58,348 nt of DNA from Chiloscyllium plagiosum (Eukaryota), in the NCBI RefSeq assembly GCF_004010195.1, contig NW_025215008.1:1-58348 (forward strand), in the 5' to 3' direction. The notes under the pieces were generated by a model. That model did not search any database, had not been told where the DNA came from, and worked only from the letters and a program-made list of their open reading frames with translations. Of this stretch, positions 1-12,700 are shown one piece after another (position 1 is the first letter of the stretch; each line of letters opens with the position of its first letter). The translations under genes were made by a program, and so were the position numbers.

Positions 1-231
1 ATTTACCCCTGACTAATGCCTAACCTATACATCCCTGAACACTATGTGCAATTTAACATGGCCAATTCACCTAACCTGCGCACCTTTGGATTGTGGGAGG
101 AAACTGGGGCACCCAGACGAAACCCACACAGACAAGGGGAGAATGTGCAAACTCCACACAGTTGTCTGAGGCTGGAATGGAAACCAGATCCTTGGTGCTG
201 TGAGGCAGCAGTGCTAACCACTTAGCCACTG
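1..231 (-). mobile_element. tRNA-derived V-SINE (HE1-like shark SINE), cut by the window start
   Basis: The minus strand reads CAGTGGCTAAGTGGTTAGCACTGCTGCCTCACAGCACC (tRNA-like head with A box), then the V-domain-like GTGTGGAGTTTGCACATTCTCCCC..GTGTGGGTTTC..CAGTTTCCTCCCACAATCCAAAG..GCAGGTTAGGTGAATTGGCCATG. Recognised from memory of the family; the 16..225 ORF is incidental. Confidence 0.88.
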
Positions 232-597
232 AGATTCAACCAGAGCCACTCTGGAAAAGTTTGAGTTCATACAGACCAGTCTACTGCGAAAGGAGGTTGA
301 TGCTGAAGGAGCACAGCATCAAATGTACCGGTGACCTGACCTGGAGAACACACCTTACAGGGAACTGATCCCTTCAATGTGGAATAGAACATTAAATTAA
401 AATATTAAATATTTCAACATCAAAGCAAAAACTGTGACTATAACTTCTAATGTATATTCATGATAAAATGTGGGTTGACAAAACCTTTCACAGTAATTGT
501 AATTCTGAATAAATGTTGCTTTAAAAGTCTGGAATGTCCATAATGAAGTGGTGGGTGGCTTCAGCAGCACAGACAGTGTACTTTCTGTTTTAGCATT

Positions 598-722
598 TAC
601 AGTACAGAAACAGGCCATATGGCCAACTGGTCGACACAAGTCATTATGCTCAACATAACCCTCCTCCACTCCCCTTCATCAAAACCCATCAGCATAACCT
701 GCTGTTCTTTTCTCCTTCATGA
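598..722 (-). mobile_element. Degenerate CR1/SINE 3'-tail fragment
   Basis: TACAGTACAGAAACAGGCCATATGGCC is the reverse complement of the typical CR1 3' end motif (GGCC.AAGGGCCTGTTTCTGTGCTGTA). Confidence 0.5.
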
Positions 723-743
723 CTAAAATTAGAGAGAGAGAGA

Positions 744-1283
744 CAAGGGTGAGAGAGAGCGCGCAAGGGTGAGAGAGAGCGCGCAAGGGTGAGAGAGAGC
801 GCGCAAGGGTGAGAGAGAGCGCGCAAGGGTGAGAGAGAGCGCGCAAGGGTGAGAGAGAGCGCGCAAGGGTGAGAGAGAGCGCGCAAGGGTGAGAGAGAGC
901 GCGCAAGGGTGAGAGAGAGCGCGCAAGGGTGAGAGAGAGCGCGCAAGGGTGAGAGAGAGCGCGCAAGGGTGAGAGAGAGCGCGCAAGGGTGAGAGAGAGC
1001 GCGCAAGGGTGAGAGAGAGCGCGCAAGGGTGAGAGAGAGCGCGCAAGGGTGAGAGAGAGCGCGCAAGGGTGAGAGAGAGCGCGCAAGGGTGAGAGAGAGC
1101 GCGCAAGGGTGAGAGAGCGCGCGCAAGGGTGAGAGAGCGCGCACAAGGGTGAGAGAGAGCGCGCAAGGGTGAGAGAGAGCGCGCAAGGGTGAGAGAGAGC
1201 GCGCAAGGGTGAGAGAGCGCGCGCAAGGGTGAGAGAGCGCGCACAAGGGTGAGAGAGAGCGCGCAAGGGTGAGAGAGAGCGCG
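744..1283. repeat. 20-bp minisatellite, unit CAAGGGTGAGAGAGAGCGCG, ~27 copies
   Basis: Directly visible; near-perfect, with a few variant units around 1110-1245. Differs from the main array unit by one base (CAAGGG vs CGAGGG). Confidence 0.97.
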
Positions 1284-1786
1284 AGCGAGAGAGAGAGAGA
1301 GCAAGTGAGAGTGAGACAGAGTGCGAGCAAGAGAGAGAGAGAGTGAGGGTGAGGGTGAGAGAGAGCGCGAATGAGAGAGAGAGAGAGCAAGGGTGAGAGA
1401 GTGCGCGAGTGAGAGAGAGAGAGCGTGTGAGTGAGGGTGAGAGAGAGAGCATGAGTGAGAGCGCGCAAGTGAAAGAGAGAGAGCGCGCGCAAGTGAGAGA
1501 GAGCGAGTGAGGGTGAGAGAGAGAGCGCGCAAGTGAAAGTGAGAGAGAGCACGCGAGCGAGAGCGCTCAAGAGAGACAGCACGCGAGTGAGAGAGAGAGC
1601 GCGCGAGTGAGAGAGAGAGCGCGTGAGTGAGAGAGAGAGCGAGCGAGTGAGAGAGAGAGCGCGCGAGGGAGAGAGAGAGAGAGCGCGAGCGAGAGAGCGC
1701 GCGAGCGAGAGAGAGCGACTGAGGGTGAGAGAGAGCGCATAAGTGAGAGAGAGAGAGCGCGAGTGAGAGAGAGAGAGAGAGAGAGC
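1284..1786. repeat. Degenerate (GA)n/GCGC/GTGA compound microsatellite
   Basis: Irregular GAGA runs punctuated by GCGC(G/A)AGTGA motifs. Confidence 0.95.
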
Positions 1787-1984
1787 GAGGGTGAGAGAGA
1801 GAGCGAGGGTGAGAGAGAGAGCGAGGGTGAGAGAGAGAGCGAGGGTGAGAGAGAGAGCGAGGGTGAGAGAGAGAGCGAGGGTGAGAGAGAGAGCGAGGGT
1901 GAGAGAGAGAGCGAGGGTGAGAGAGAGAGCGAGGGTGAGAGAGAGAGCGAGGGTGAGAGAGAGAGCGAGGGTGAGAGAGAGAGC
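1787..1984. repeat. 18-bp minisatellite, unit GAGGGTGAGAGAGAGAGC, 11 copies running into the gap
   Basis: Directly visible; gives the (SEGERE)n repeat in the ORF track. Confidence 0.96.
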
Positions 1985-2238
1985 NNNNNNNNNNNNNNNN
2001 NNNNNNNNNNNNNNNNNNNNNNNNNNNNNNNNNNNNNNNNNNNNNNNNNNNNNNNNNNNNNNNNNNNNNNNNNNNNNNNNNNNNNNNNNNNNNNNNNNNN
2101 NNNNNNNNNNNNNNNNNNNNNNNNNNNNNNNNNNNNNNNNNNNNNNNNNNNNNNNNNNNNNNNNNNNNNNNNNNNNNNNNNNNNNNNNNNNNNNNNNNNN
2201 NNNNNNNNNNNNNNNNNNNNNNNNNNNNNNNNNNNNNN
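1985..2238. other. Assembly gap (254 N)
   Basis: Run of N from 1985 to 2238. Confidence 1.
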
Positions 2239-3780
2239 AGAGAGAGAGCGCGCGAGTGAGAGTGAGAGAGCGGGAGCGAGAGAGCGCGAGTGAGCGAGAG
2301 AGCGCGAGCGAGAGAGAGCGCGCGAGAGATAGAGAGCGCGCGAGAGATAGAGAGCGCGCGAGAGAGAGAGAGCGCGAGAGAGAGAGAGAGAGCGCAAACG
2401 AGAGAGAGAGAGAGAGAGAGCGTGAGCCAGAGAGAGCGTGAGCCAGAGAGAGAGCGCGCGAGTGAGAGTGAGAGAGCGCGAGTGAGAGTGAGAAACAGCG
2501 CGAGTGAGAGTGAGAGCACGAGTGAGGGTGAGAGAGAGCGCATGAGTGAGAGTGAGAGAGAGCGCACGAGTGAGAGAAAGAGCGCAAGTGAGCGAGAGAG
2601 AGCGCGAGTGAGAGAGAGAGAGCACGAGAGAGTGAGAGAGAGAGAGCACGAGAGAGAGAGAGAGAACGTGAGTGAGAGACAGCGCAAGTGAGAGAGAGAG
2701 AAAGCACGAGAGAGAGTGAGAGAGAGAGCGCGAGTGAGAGAGAGCACGAGTGAGAGAGAGAGCGCGCGCGAGTGAGAGTGAGAGAGCGCGAGAGAGAGCG
2801 CAAACGAGAGAGAGAGAGCGTGAGCCAGAGAGAGAGAGCGAGTGAGGGTGAGAGAGCGCGCGAGTGAGAGTGAGAAACAGCGCGAGTGAGAGTGAGAGAG
2901 AGAGCACGAGTGAGGGTGAGAGAGAGCGCATGAGTGAGAGTGAGAGAGAGCGCACGAGTGAGAGGGAGAGCGCAAGTGAGCGAGAGAGCGCGCGAGTGAG
3001 AGAGAGAGAGCGAGTGAGGGTGAGAGAGAGCGCGCGAGTGAGAGTGAGAGAGCGCGAGTGAGAGTGAGAGAGAGAGCACGAGTGAGAGAAAGAGCCCAAG
3101 TGAGCGAGAGAGCGCGCGAGTGAGAGAGAGAGAGCACAAGTGAGAGAGAGAGCTCGCGAGTGAGACAGAGAGCACGCAAGTGAGAGCGAGAGAGAGCGCG
3201 AGTGAGAGAGAGAGAGCGCGAGTGAGAGAGAGAGAGCGCGAGTGAGAGAGAGAGCTCGCGAGTGAGACAGAGAGCACGCAAGTGAGAGCGAGAGAGAGAG
3301 CACGAGTGAGAGAGAGAGAGCACGAGTGAGACAGAGTAAGCACGAGAGAGAGAGAGAGAACGTGAGTGAGAGAGAGAACGTGAGTGAGAGAGAGAGAGAG
3401 AGAGAGAGAGGGCACGAGTGAGAGAGAGAGAGAGCACGAGTGAGAGAGAGAGCGCAAGAAAGAGAGAGAGTGCGAGTGAGAGAGAGAGAGCGCGAGCGAA
3501 AGAGAGAGCGCGAGCGAGAGCGAGAGAGAGCACGAGAGCGAGAGAGAGTGCGAGCGAGAGAGAGCGGAGCGAGAGAGAGAGCGAGGGAGTGAGGCTGCGA
3601 GATAGCGCGCGTGTGAGAGAGCGCGCGAGTGAGAGAGAGAGCGCGCGAGTTAGAGAGAGAGCGCGCGAGTGAGAGAGAGCATGAGTGAGAGAGAACGCGA
3701 GTGAGAGAGAGAGAGCGCGAGTGTGAAAGAGAGAGTGCGAGAAAGAGAGAGAGAGAGAGCACGCGAGTGAGAGAGAGACG
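2239..3780. repeat. Degenerate GA-rich compound repeat with internal higher-order duplications
   Basis: GAGA runs with GCGCGAGTGA/GCACGAGTGA motifs; rare marker words (GCAAACG, GTGAGCCAG, GAAACAG, GCGCATG) recur in the same order at ~2391-2600 and ~2798-2990. Confidence 0.95.
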
Positions 3781-6700
3781 CGCGAGGGTGAGAGAGAGCG
3801 CGCGAGGGTGAGAGAGAGCGCGCGAGGGTGAGAGAGAGCGCGCGAGGGTGAGAGAGAGCGCGCGAGGGTGAGAGAGAGCGCGCGAGGGTGAGAGAGAGCG
3901 CGCGAGGGTGAGAGAGAGCGCGCGAGGGTGAGAGAGAGCGCGCGAGGGTGAGAGAGAGCGCGCGAGGGTGAGAGAGAGCGCGCGAGGGTGAGAGAGAGCG
4001 CGCGAGGGTGAGAGAGAGCGCGCGAGGGTGAGAGAGAGCGCGCGAGGGTGAGAGAGAGCGCGCGAGGGTGAGAGAGAGCGCGCGAGGGTGAGAGAGAGCG
4101 CGCGAGGGTGAGAGAGAGCGCGCGAGGGTGAGAGAGAGCGCGCGAGGGTGAGAGAGAGCGCGCGAGGGTGAGAGAGAGCGCGCGAGGGTGAGAGAGAGCG
4201 CGCGAGGGTGAGAGAGAGCGCGCGAGGGTGAGAGAGAGCGCGCGAGGGTGAGAGAGAGCGCGCGAGGGTGAGAGAGAGCGCGCGAGGGTGAGAGAGAGCG
4301 CGCGAGGGTGAGAGAGAGCGCGCGAGGGTGAGAGAGAGCGCGCGAGGGTGAGAGAGAGCGCGCGAGGGTGAGAGAGAGCGCGCGAGGGTGAGAGAGAGCG
4401 CGCGAGGGTGAGAGAGAGCGCGCGAGGGTGAGAGAGAGCGCGCGAGGGTGAGAGAGAGCGCGCGAGGGTGAGAGAGAGCGCGCGAGGGTGAGAGAGAGCG
4501 CGCGAGGGTGAGAGAGAGCGCGCGAGGGTGAGAGAGAGCGCGCGAGGGTGAGAGAGAGCGCGCGAGGGTGAGAGAGAGCGCGCGAGGGTGAGAGAGAGCG
4601 CGCGAGGGTGAGAGAGAGCGCGCGAGGGTGAGAGAGAGCGCGCGAGGGTGAGAGAGAGCGCGCGAGGGTGAGAGAGAGCGCGCGAGGGTGAGAGAGAGCG
4701 CGCGAGGGTGAGAGAGAGCGCGCGAGGGTGAGAGAGAGCGCGCGAGGGTGAGAGAGAGCGCGCGAGGGTGAGAGAGAGCGCGCGAGGGTGAGAGAGAGCG
4801 CGCGAGGGTGAGAGAGAGCGCGCGAGGGTGAGAGAGAGCGCGCGAGGGTGAGAGAGAGCGCGCGAGGGTGAGAGAGAGCGCGCGAGGGTGAGAGAGAGCG
4901 CGCGAGGGTGAGAGAGAGCGCGCGAGGGTGAGAGAGAGCGCGCGAGGGTGAGAGAGAGCGCGCGAGGGTGAGAGAGAGCGCGCGAGGGTGAGAGAGAGCG
5001 CGCGAGGGTGAGAGAGAGCGCGCGAGGGTGAGAGAGAGCGCGCGAGGGTGAGAGAGAGCGCGCGAGGGTGAGAGAGAGCGCGCGAGGGTGAGAGAGAGCG
5101 CGCGAGGGTGAGAGAGAGCGCGCGAGGGTGAGAGAGAGCGCGCGAGGGTGAGAGAGAGCGCGCGAGGGTGAGAGAGAGCGCGCGAGGGTGAGAGAGAGCG
5201 CGCGAGGGTGAGAGAGAGCGCGCGAGGGTGAGAGAGAGCGCGCGAGGGTGAGAGAGAGCGCGCGAGGGTGAGAGAGAGCGCGCGAGGGTGAGAGAGAGCG
5301 CGCGAGGGTGAGAGAGAGCGCGCGAGGGTGAGAGAGAGCGCGCGAGGGTGAGAGAGAGCGCGCGAGGGTGAGAGAGAGCGCGCGAGGGTGAGAGAGAGCG
5401 CGCGAGGGTGAGAGAGAGCGCGCGAGGGTGAGAGAGAGCGCGCGAGGGTGAGAGAGAGCGCGCGAGGGTGAGAGAGAGCGCGCGAGGGTGAGAGAGAGCG
5501 CGCGAGGGTGAGAGAGAGCGCGCGAGGGTGAGAGAGAGCGCGCGAGGGTGAGAGAGAGCGCGCGAGGGTGAGAGAGAGCGCGCGAGGGTGAGAGAGAGCG
5601 CGCGAGGGTGAGAGAGAGCGCGCGAGGGTGAGAGAGAGCGCGCGAGGGTGAGAGAGAGCGCGCGAGGGTGAGAGAGAGCGCGCGAGGGTGAGAGAGAGCG
5701 CGCGAGGGTGAGAGAGAGCGCGCGAGGGTGAGAGAGAGCGCGCGAGGGTGAGAGAGAGCGCGCGAGGGTGAGAGAGAGCGCGCGAGGGTGAGAGAGAGCG
5801 CGCGAGGGTGAGAGAGAGCGCGCGAGGGTGAGAGAGAGCGCGCGAGGGTGAGAGAGAGCGCGCGAGGGTGAGAGAGAGCGCGCGAGGGTGAGAGAGAGCG
5901 CGCGAGGGTGAGAGAGAGCGCGCGAGGGTGAGAGAGAGCGCGCGAGGGTGAGAGAGAGCGCGCGAGGGTGAGAGAGAGCGCGCGAGGGTGAGAGAGAGCG
6001 CGCGAGGGTGAGAGAGAGCGCGCGAGGGTGAGAGAGAGCGCGCGAGGGTGAGAGAGAGCGCGCGAGGGTGAGAGAGAGCGCGCGAGGGTGAGAGAGAGCG
6101 CGCGAGGGTGAGAGAGAGCGCGCGAGGGTGAGAGAGAGCGCGCGAGGGTGAGAGAGAGCGCGCGAGGGTGAGAGAGAGCGCGCGAGGGTGAGAGAGAGCG
6201 CGCGAGGGTGAGAGAGAGCGCGCGAGGGTGAGAGAGAGCGCGCGAGGGTGAGAGAGAGCGCGCGAGGGTGAGAGAGAGCGCGCGAGGGTGAGAGAGAGCG
6301 CGCGAGGGTGAGAGAGAGCGCGCGAGGGTGAGAGAGAGCGCGCGAGGGTGAGAGAGAGCGCGCGAGGGTGAGAGAGAGCGCGCGAGGGTGAGAGAGAGCG
6401 CGCGAGGGTGAGAGAGAGCGCGCGAGGGTGAGAGAGAGCGCGCGAGGGTGAGAGAGAGCGCGCGAGGGTGAGAGAGAGCGCGCGAGGGTGAGAGAGAGCG
6501 CGCGAGGGTGAGAGAGAGCGCGCGAGGGTGAGAGAGAGCGCGCGAGGGTGAGAGAGAGCGCGCGAGGGTGAGAGAGAGCGCGCGAGGGTGAGAGAGAGCG
6601 CGCGAGGGTGAGAGAGAGCGCGCGAGGGTGAGAGAGAGCGCGCGAGGGTGAGAGAGAGCGCGCGAGGGTGAGAGAGAGCGCGCGAGGGTGAGAGAGAGCG

Positions 6701-9700
6701 CGCGAGGGTGAGAGAGAGCGCGCGAGGGTGAGAGAGAGCGCGCGAGGGTGAGAGAGAGCGCGCGAGGGTGAGAGAGAGCGCGCGAGGGTGAGAGAGAGCG
6801 CGCGAGGGTGAGAGAGAGCGCGCGAGGGTGAGAGAGAGCGCGCGAGGGTGAGAGAGAGCGCGCGAGGGTGAGAGAGAGCGCGCGAGGGTGAGAGAGAGCG
6901 CGCGAGGGTGAGAGAGAGCGCGCGAGGGTGAGAGAGAGCGCGCGAGGGTGAGAGAGAGCGCGCGAGGGTGAGAGAGAGCGCGCGAGGGTGAGAGAGAGCG
7001 CGCGAGGGTGAGAGAGAGCGCGCGAGGGTGAGAGAGAGCGCGCGAGGGTGAGAGAGAGCGCGCGAGGGTGAGAGAGAGCGCGCGAGGGTGAGAGAGAGCG
7101 CGCGAGGGTGAGAGAGAGCGCGCGAGGGTGAGAGAGAGCGCGCGAGGGTGAGAGAGAGCGCGCGAGGGTGAGAGAGAGCGCGCGAGGGTGAGAGAGAGCG
7201 CGCGAGGGTGAGAGAGAGCGCGCGAGGGTGAGAGAGAGCGCGCGAGGGTGAGAGAGAGCGCGCGAGGGTGAGAGAGAGCGCGCGAGGGTGAGAGAGAGCG
7301 CGCGAGGGTGAGAGAGAGCGCGCGAGGGTGAGAGAGAGCGCGCGAGGGTGAGAGAGAGCGCGCGAGGGTGAGAGAGAGCGCGCGAGGGTGAGAGAGAGCG
7401 CGCGAGGGTGAGAGAGAGCGCGCGAGGGTGAGAGAGAGCGCGCGAGGGTGAGAGAGAGCGCGCGAGGGTGAGAGAGAGCGCGCGAGGGTGAGAGAGAGCG
7501 CGCGAGGGTGAGAGAGAGCGCGCGAGGGTGAGAGAGAGCGCGCGAGGGTGAGAGAGAGCGCGCGAGGGTGAGAGAGAGCGCGCGAGGGTGAGAGAGAGCG
7601 CGCGAGGGTGAGAGAGAGCGCGCGAGGGTGAGAGAGAGCGCGCGAGGGTGAGAGAGAGCGCGCGAGGGTGAGAGAGAGCGCGCGAGGGTGAGAGAGAGCG
7701 CGCGAGGGTGAGAGAGAGCGCGCGAGGGTGAGAGAGAGCGCGCGAGGGTGAGAGAGAGCGCGCGAGGGTGAGAGAGAGCGCGCGAGGGTGAGAGAGAGCG
7801 CGCGAGGGTGAGAGAGAGCGCGCGAGGGTGAGAGAGAGCGCGCGAGGGTGAGAGAGAGCGCGCGAGGGTGAGAGAGAGCGCGCGAGGGTGAGAGAGAGCG
7901 CGCGAGGGTGAGAGAGAGCGCGCGAGGGTGAGAGAGAGCGCGCGAGGGTGAGAGAGAGCGCGCGAGGGTGAGAGAGAGCGCGCGAGGGTGAGAGAGAGCG
8001 CGCGAGGGTGAGAGAGAGCGCGCGAGGGTGAGAGAGAGCGCGCGAGGGTGAGAGAGAGCGCGCGAGGGTGAGAGAGAGCGCGCGAGGGTGAGAGAGAGCG
8101 CGCGAGGGTGAGAGAGAGCGCGCGAGGGTGAGAGAGAGCGCGCGAGGGTGAGAGAGAGCGCGCGAGGGTGAGAGAGAGCGCGCGAGGGTGAGAGAGAGCG
8201 CGCGAGGGTGAGAGAGAGCGCGCGAGGGTGAGAGAGAGCGCGCGAGGGTGAGAGAGAGCGCGCGAGGGTGAGAGAGAGCGCGCGAGGGTGAGAGAGAGCG
8301 CGCGAGGGTGAGAGAGAGCGCGCGAGGGTGAGAGAGAGCGCGCGAGGGTGAGAGAGAGCGCGCGAGGGTGAGAGAGAGCGCGCGAGGGTGAGAGAGAGCG
8401 CGCGAGGGTGAGAGAGAGCGCGCGAGGGTGAGAGAGAGCGCGCGAGGGTGAGAGAGAGCGCGCGAGGGTGAGAGAGAGCGCGCGAGGGTGAGAGAGAGCG
8501 CGCGAGGGTGAGAGAGAGCGCGCGAGGGTGAGAGAGAGCGCGCGAGGGTGAGAGAGAGCGCGCGAGGGTGAGAGAGAGCGCGCGAGGGTGAGAGAGAGCG
8601 CGCGAGGGTGAGAGAGAGCGCGCGAGGGTGAGAGAGAGCGCGCGAGGGTGAGAGAGAGCGCGCGAGGGTGAGAGAGAGCGCGCGAGGGTGAGAGAGAGCG
8701 CGCGAGGGTGAGAGAGAGCGCGCGAGGGTGAGAGAGAGCGCGCGAGGGTGAGAGAGAGCGCGCGAGGGTGAGAGAGAGCGCGCGAGGGTGAGAGAGAGCG
8801 CGCGAGGGTGAGAGAGAGCGCGCGAGGGTGAGAGAGAGCGCGCGAGGGTGAGAGAGAGCGCGCGAGGGTGAGAGAGAGCGCGCGAGGGTGAGAGAGAGCG
8901 CGCGAGGGTGAGAGAGAGCGCGCGAGGGTGAGAGAGAGCGCGCGAGGGTGAGAGAGAGCGCGCGAGGGTGAGAGAGAGCGCGCGAGGGTGAGAGAGAGCG
9001 CGCGAGGGTGAGAGAGAGCGCGCGAGGGTGAGAGAGAGCGCGCGAGGGTGAGAGAGAGCGCGCGAGGGTGAGAGAGAGCGCGCGAGGGTGAGAGAGAGCG
9101 CGCGAGGGTGAGAGAGAGCGCGCGAGGGTGAGAGAGAGCGCGCGAGGGTGAGAGAGAGCGCGCGAGGGTGAGAGAGAGCGCGCGAGGGTGAGAGAGAGCG
9201 CGCGAGGGTGAGAGAGAGCGCGCGAGGGTGAGAGAGAGCGCGCGAGGGTGAGAGAGAGCGCGCGAGGGTGAGAGAGAGCGCGCGAGGGTGAGAGAGAGCG
9301 CGCGAGGGTGAGAGAGAGCGCGCGAGGGTGAGAGAGAGCGCGCGAGGGTGAGAGAGAGCGCGCGAGGGTGAGAGAGAGCGCGCGAGGGTGAGAGAGAGCG
9401 CGCGAGGGTGAGAGAGAGCGCGCGAGGGTGAGAGAGAGCGCGCGAGGGTGAGAGAGAGCGCGCGAGGGTGAGAGAGAGCGCGCGAGGGTGAGAGAGAGCG
9501 CGCGAGGGTGAGAGAGAGCGCGCGAGGGTGAGAGAGAGCGCGCGAGGGTGAGAGAGAGCGCGCGAGGGTGAGAGAGAGCGCGCGAGGGTGAGAGAGAGCG
9601 CGCGAGGGTGAGAGAGAGCGCGCGAGGGTGAGAGAGAGCGCGCGAGGGTGAGAGAGAGCGCGCGAGGGTGAGAGAGAGCGCGCGAGGGTGAGAGAGAGCG

Positions 9701-12700
9701 CGCGAGGGTGAGAGAGAGCGCGCGAGGGTGAGAGAGAGCGCGCGAGGGTGAGAGAGAGCGCGCGAGGGTGAGAGAGAGCGCGCGAGGGTGAGAGAGAGCG
9801 CGCGAGGGTGAGAGAGAGCGCGCGAGGGTGAGAGAGAGCGCGCGAGGGTGAGAGAGAGCGCGCGAGGGTGAGAGAGAGCGCGCGAGGGTGAGAGAGAGCG
9901 CGCGAGGGTGAGAGAGAGCGCGCGAGGGTGAGAGAGAGCGCGCGAGGGTGAGAGAGAGCGCGCGAGGGTGAGAGAGAGCGCGCGAGGGTGAGAGAGAGCG
10001 CGCGAGGGTGAGAGAGAGCGCGCGAGGGTGAGAGAGAGCGCGCGAGGGTGAGAGAGAGCGCGCGAGGGTGAGAGAGAGCGCGCGAGGGTGAGAGAGAGCG
10101 CGCGAGGGTGAGAGAGAGCGCGCGAGGGTGAGAGAGAGCGCGCGAGGGTGAGAGAGAGCGCGCGAGGGTGAGAGAGAGCGCGCGAGGGTGAGAGAGAGCG
10201 CGCGAGGGTGAGAGAGAGCGCGCGAGGGTGAGAGAGAGCGCGCGAGGGTGAGAGAGAGCGCGCGAGGGTGAGAGAGAGCGCGCGAGGGTGAGAGAGAGCG
10301 CGCGAGGGTGAGAGAGAGCGCGCGAGGGTGAGAGAGAGCGCGCGAGGGTGAGAGAGAGCGCGCGAGGGTGAGAGAGAGCGCGCGAGGGTGAGAGAGAGCG
10401 CGCGAGGGTGAGAGAGAGCGCGCGAGGGTGAGAGAGAGCGCGCGAGGGTGAGAGAGAGCGCGCGAGGGTGAGAGAGAGCGCGCGAGGGTGAGAGAGAGCG
10501 CGCGAGGGTGAGAGAGAGCGCGCGAGGGTGAGAGAGAGCGCGCGAGGGTGAGAGAGAGCGCGCGAGGGTGAGAGAGAGCGCGCGAGGGTGAGAGAGAGCG
10601 CGCGAGGGTGAGAGAGAGCGCGCGAGGGTGAGAGAGAGCGCGCGAGGGTGAGAGAGAGCGCGCGAGGGTGAGAGAGAGCGCGCGAGGGTGAGAGAGAGCG
10701 CGCGAGGGTGAGAGAGAGCGCGCGAGGGTGAGAGAGAGCGCGCGAGGGTGAGAGAGAGCGCGCGAGGGTGAGAGAGAGCGCGCGAGGGTGAGAGAGAGCG
10801 CGCGAGGGTGAGAGAGAGCGCGCGAGGGTGAGAGAGAGCGCGCGAGGGTGAGAGAGAGCGCGCGAGGGTGAGAGAGAGCGCGCGAGGGTGAGAGAGAGCG
10901 CGCGAGGGTGAGAGAGAGCGCGCGAGGGTGAGAGAGAGCGCGCGAGGGTGAGAGAGAGCGCGCGAGGGTGAGAGAGAGCGCGCGAGGGTGAGAGAGAGCG
11001 CGCGAGGGTGAGAGAGAGCGCGCGAGGGTGAGAGAGAGCGCGCGAGGGTGAGAGAGAGCGCGCGAGGGTGAGAGAGAGCGCGCGAGGGTGAGAGAGAGCG
11101 CGCGAGGGTGAGAGAGAGCGCGCGAGGGTGAGAGAGAGCGCGCGAGGGTGAGAGAGAGCGCGCGAGGGTGAGAGAGAGCGCGCGAGGGTGAGAGAGAGCG
11201 CGCGAGGGTGAGAGAGAGCGCGCGAGGGTGAGAGAGAGCGCGCGAGGGTGAGAGAGAGCGCGCGAGGGTGAGAGAGAGCGCGCGAGGGTGAGAGAGAGCG
11301 CGCGAGGGTGAGAGAGAGCGCGCGAGGGTGAGAGAGAGCGCGCGAGGGTGAGAGAGAGCGCGCGAGGGTGAGAGAGAGCGCGCGAGGGTGAGAGAGAGCG
11401 CGCGAGGGTGAGAGAGAGCGCGCGAGGGTGAGAGAGAGCGCGCGAGGGTGAGAGAGAGCGCGCGAGGGTGAGAGAGAGCGCGCGAGGGTGAGAGAGAGCG
11501 CGCGAGGGTGAGAGAGAGCGCGCGAGGGTGAGAGAGAGCGCGCGAGGGTGAGAGAGAGCGCGCGAGGGTGAGAGAGAGCGCGCGAGGGTGAGAGAGAGCG
11601 CGCGAGGGTGAGAGAGAGCGCGCGAGGGTGAGAGAGAGCGCGCGAGGGTGAGAGAGAGCGCGCGAGGGTGAGAGAGAGCGCGCGAGGGTGAGAGAGAGCG
11701 CGCGAGGGTGAGAGAGAGCGCGCGAGGGTGAGAGAGAGCGCGCGAGGGTGAGAGAGAGCGCGCGAGGGTGAGAGAGAGCGCGCGAGGGTGAGAGAGAGCG
11801 CGCGAGGGTGAGAGAGAGCGCGCGAGGGTGAGAGAGAGCGCGCGAGGGTGAGAGAGAGCGCGCGAGGGTGAGAGAGAGCGCGCGAGGGTGAGAGAGAGCG
11901 CGCGAGGGTGAGAGAGAGCGCGCGAGGGTGAGAGAGAGCGCGCGAGGGTGAGAGAGAGCGCGCGAGGGTGAGAGAGAGCGCGCGAGGGTGAGAGAGAGCG
12001 CGCGAGGGTGAGAGAGAGCGCGCGAGGGTGAGAGAGAGCGCGCGAGGGTGAGAGAGAGCGCGCGAGGGTGAGAGAGAGCGCGCGAGGGTGAGAGAGAGCG
12101 CGCGAGGGTGAGAGAGAGCGCGCGAGGGTGAGAGAGAGCGCGCGAGGGTGAGAGAGAGCGCGCGAGGGTGAGAGAGAGCGCGCGAGGGTGAGAGAGAGCG
12201 CGCGAGGGTGAGAGAGAGCGCGCGAGGGTGAGAGAGAGCGCGCGAGGGTGAGAGAGAGCGCGCGAGGGTGAGAGAGAGCGCGCGAGGGTGAGAGAGAGCG
12301 CGCGAGGGTGAGAGAGAGCGCGCGAGGGTGAGAGAGAGCGCGCGAGGGTGAGAGAGAGCGCGCGAGGGTGAGAGAGAGCGCGCGAGGGTGAGAGAGAGCG
12401 CGCGAGGGTGAGAGAGAGCGCGCGAGGGTGAGAGAGAGCGCGCGAGGGTGAGAGAGAGCGCGCGAGGGTGAGAGAGAGCGCGCGAGGGTGAGAGAGAGCG
12501 CGCGAGGGTGAGAGAGAGCGCGCGAGGGTGAGAGAGAGCGCGCGAGGGTGAGAGAGAGCGCGCGAGGGTGAGAGAGAGCGCGCGAGGGTGAGAGAGAGCG
12601 CGCGAGGGTGAGAGAGAGCGCGCGAGGGTGAGAGAGAGCGCGCGAGGGTGAGAGAGAGCGCGCGAGGGTGAGAGAGAGCGCGCGAGGGTGAGAGAGAGCG

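Noticed and set aside
679..3672. Shorter SL-rich and RE-rich ORFs (e.g. SR-like or coiled-coil proteins)
   Set aside because: They are direct translations of (CT)n/(GA)n low-complexity DNA.
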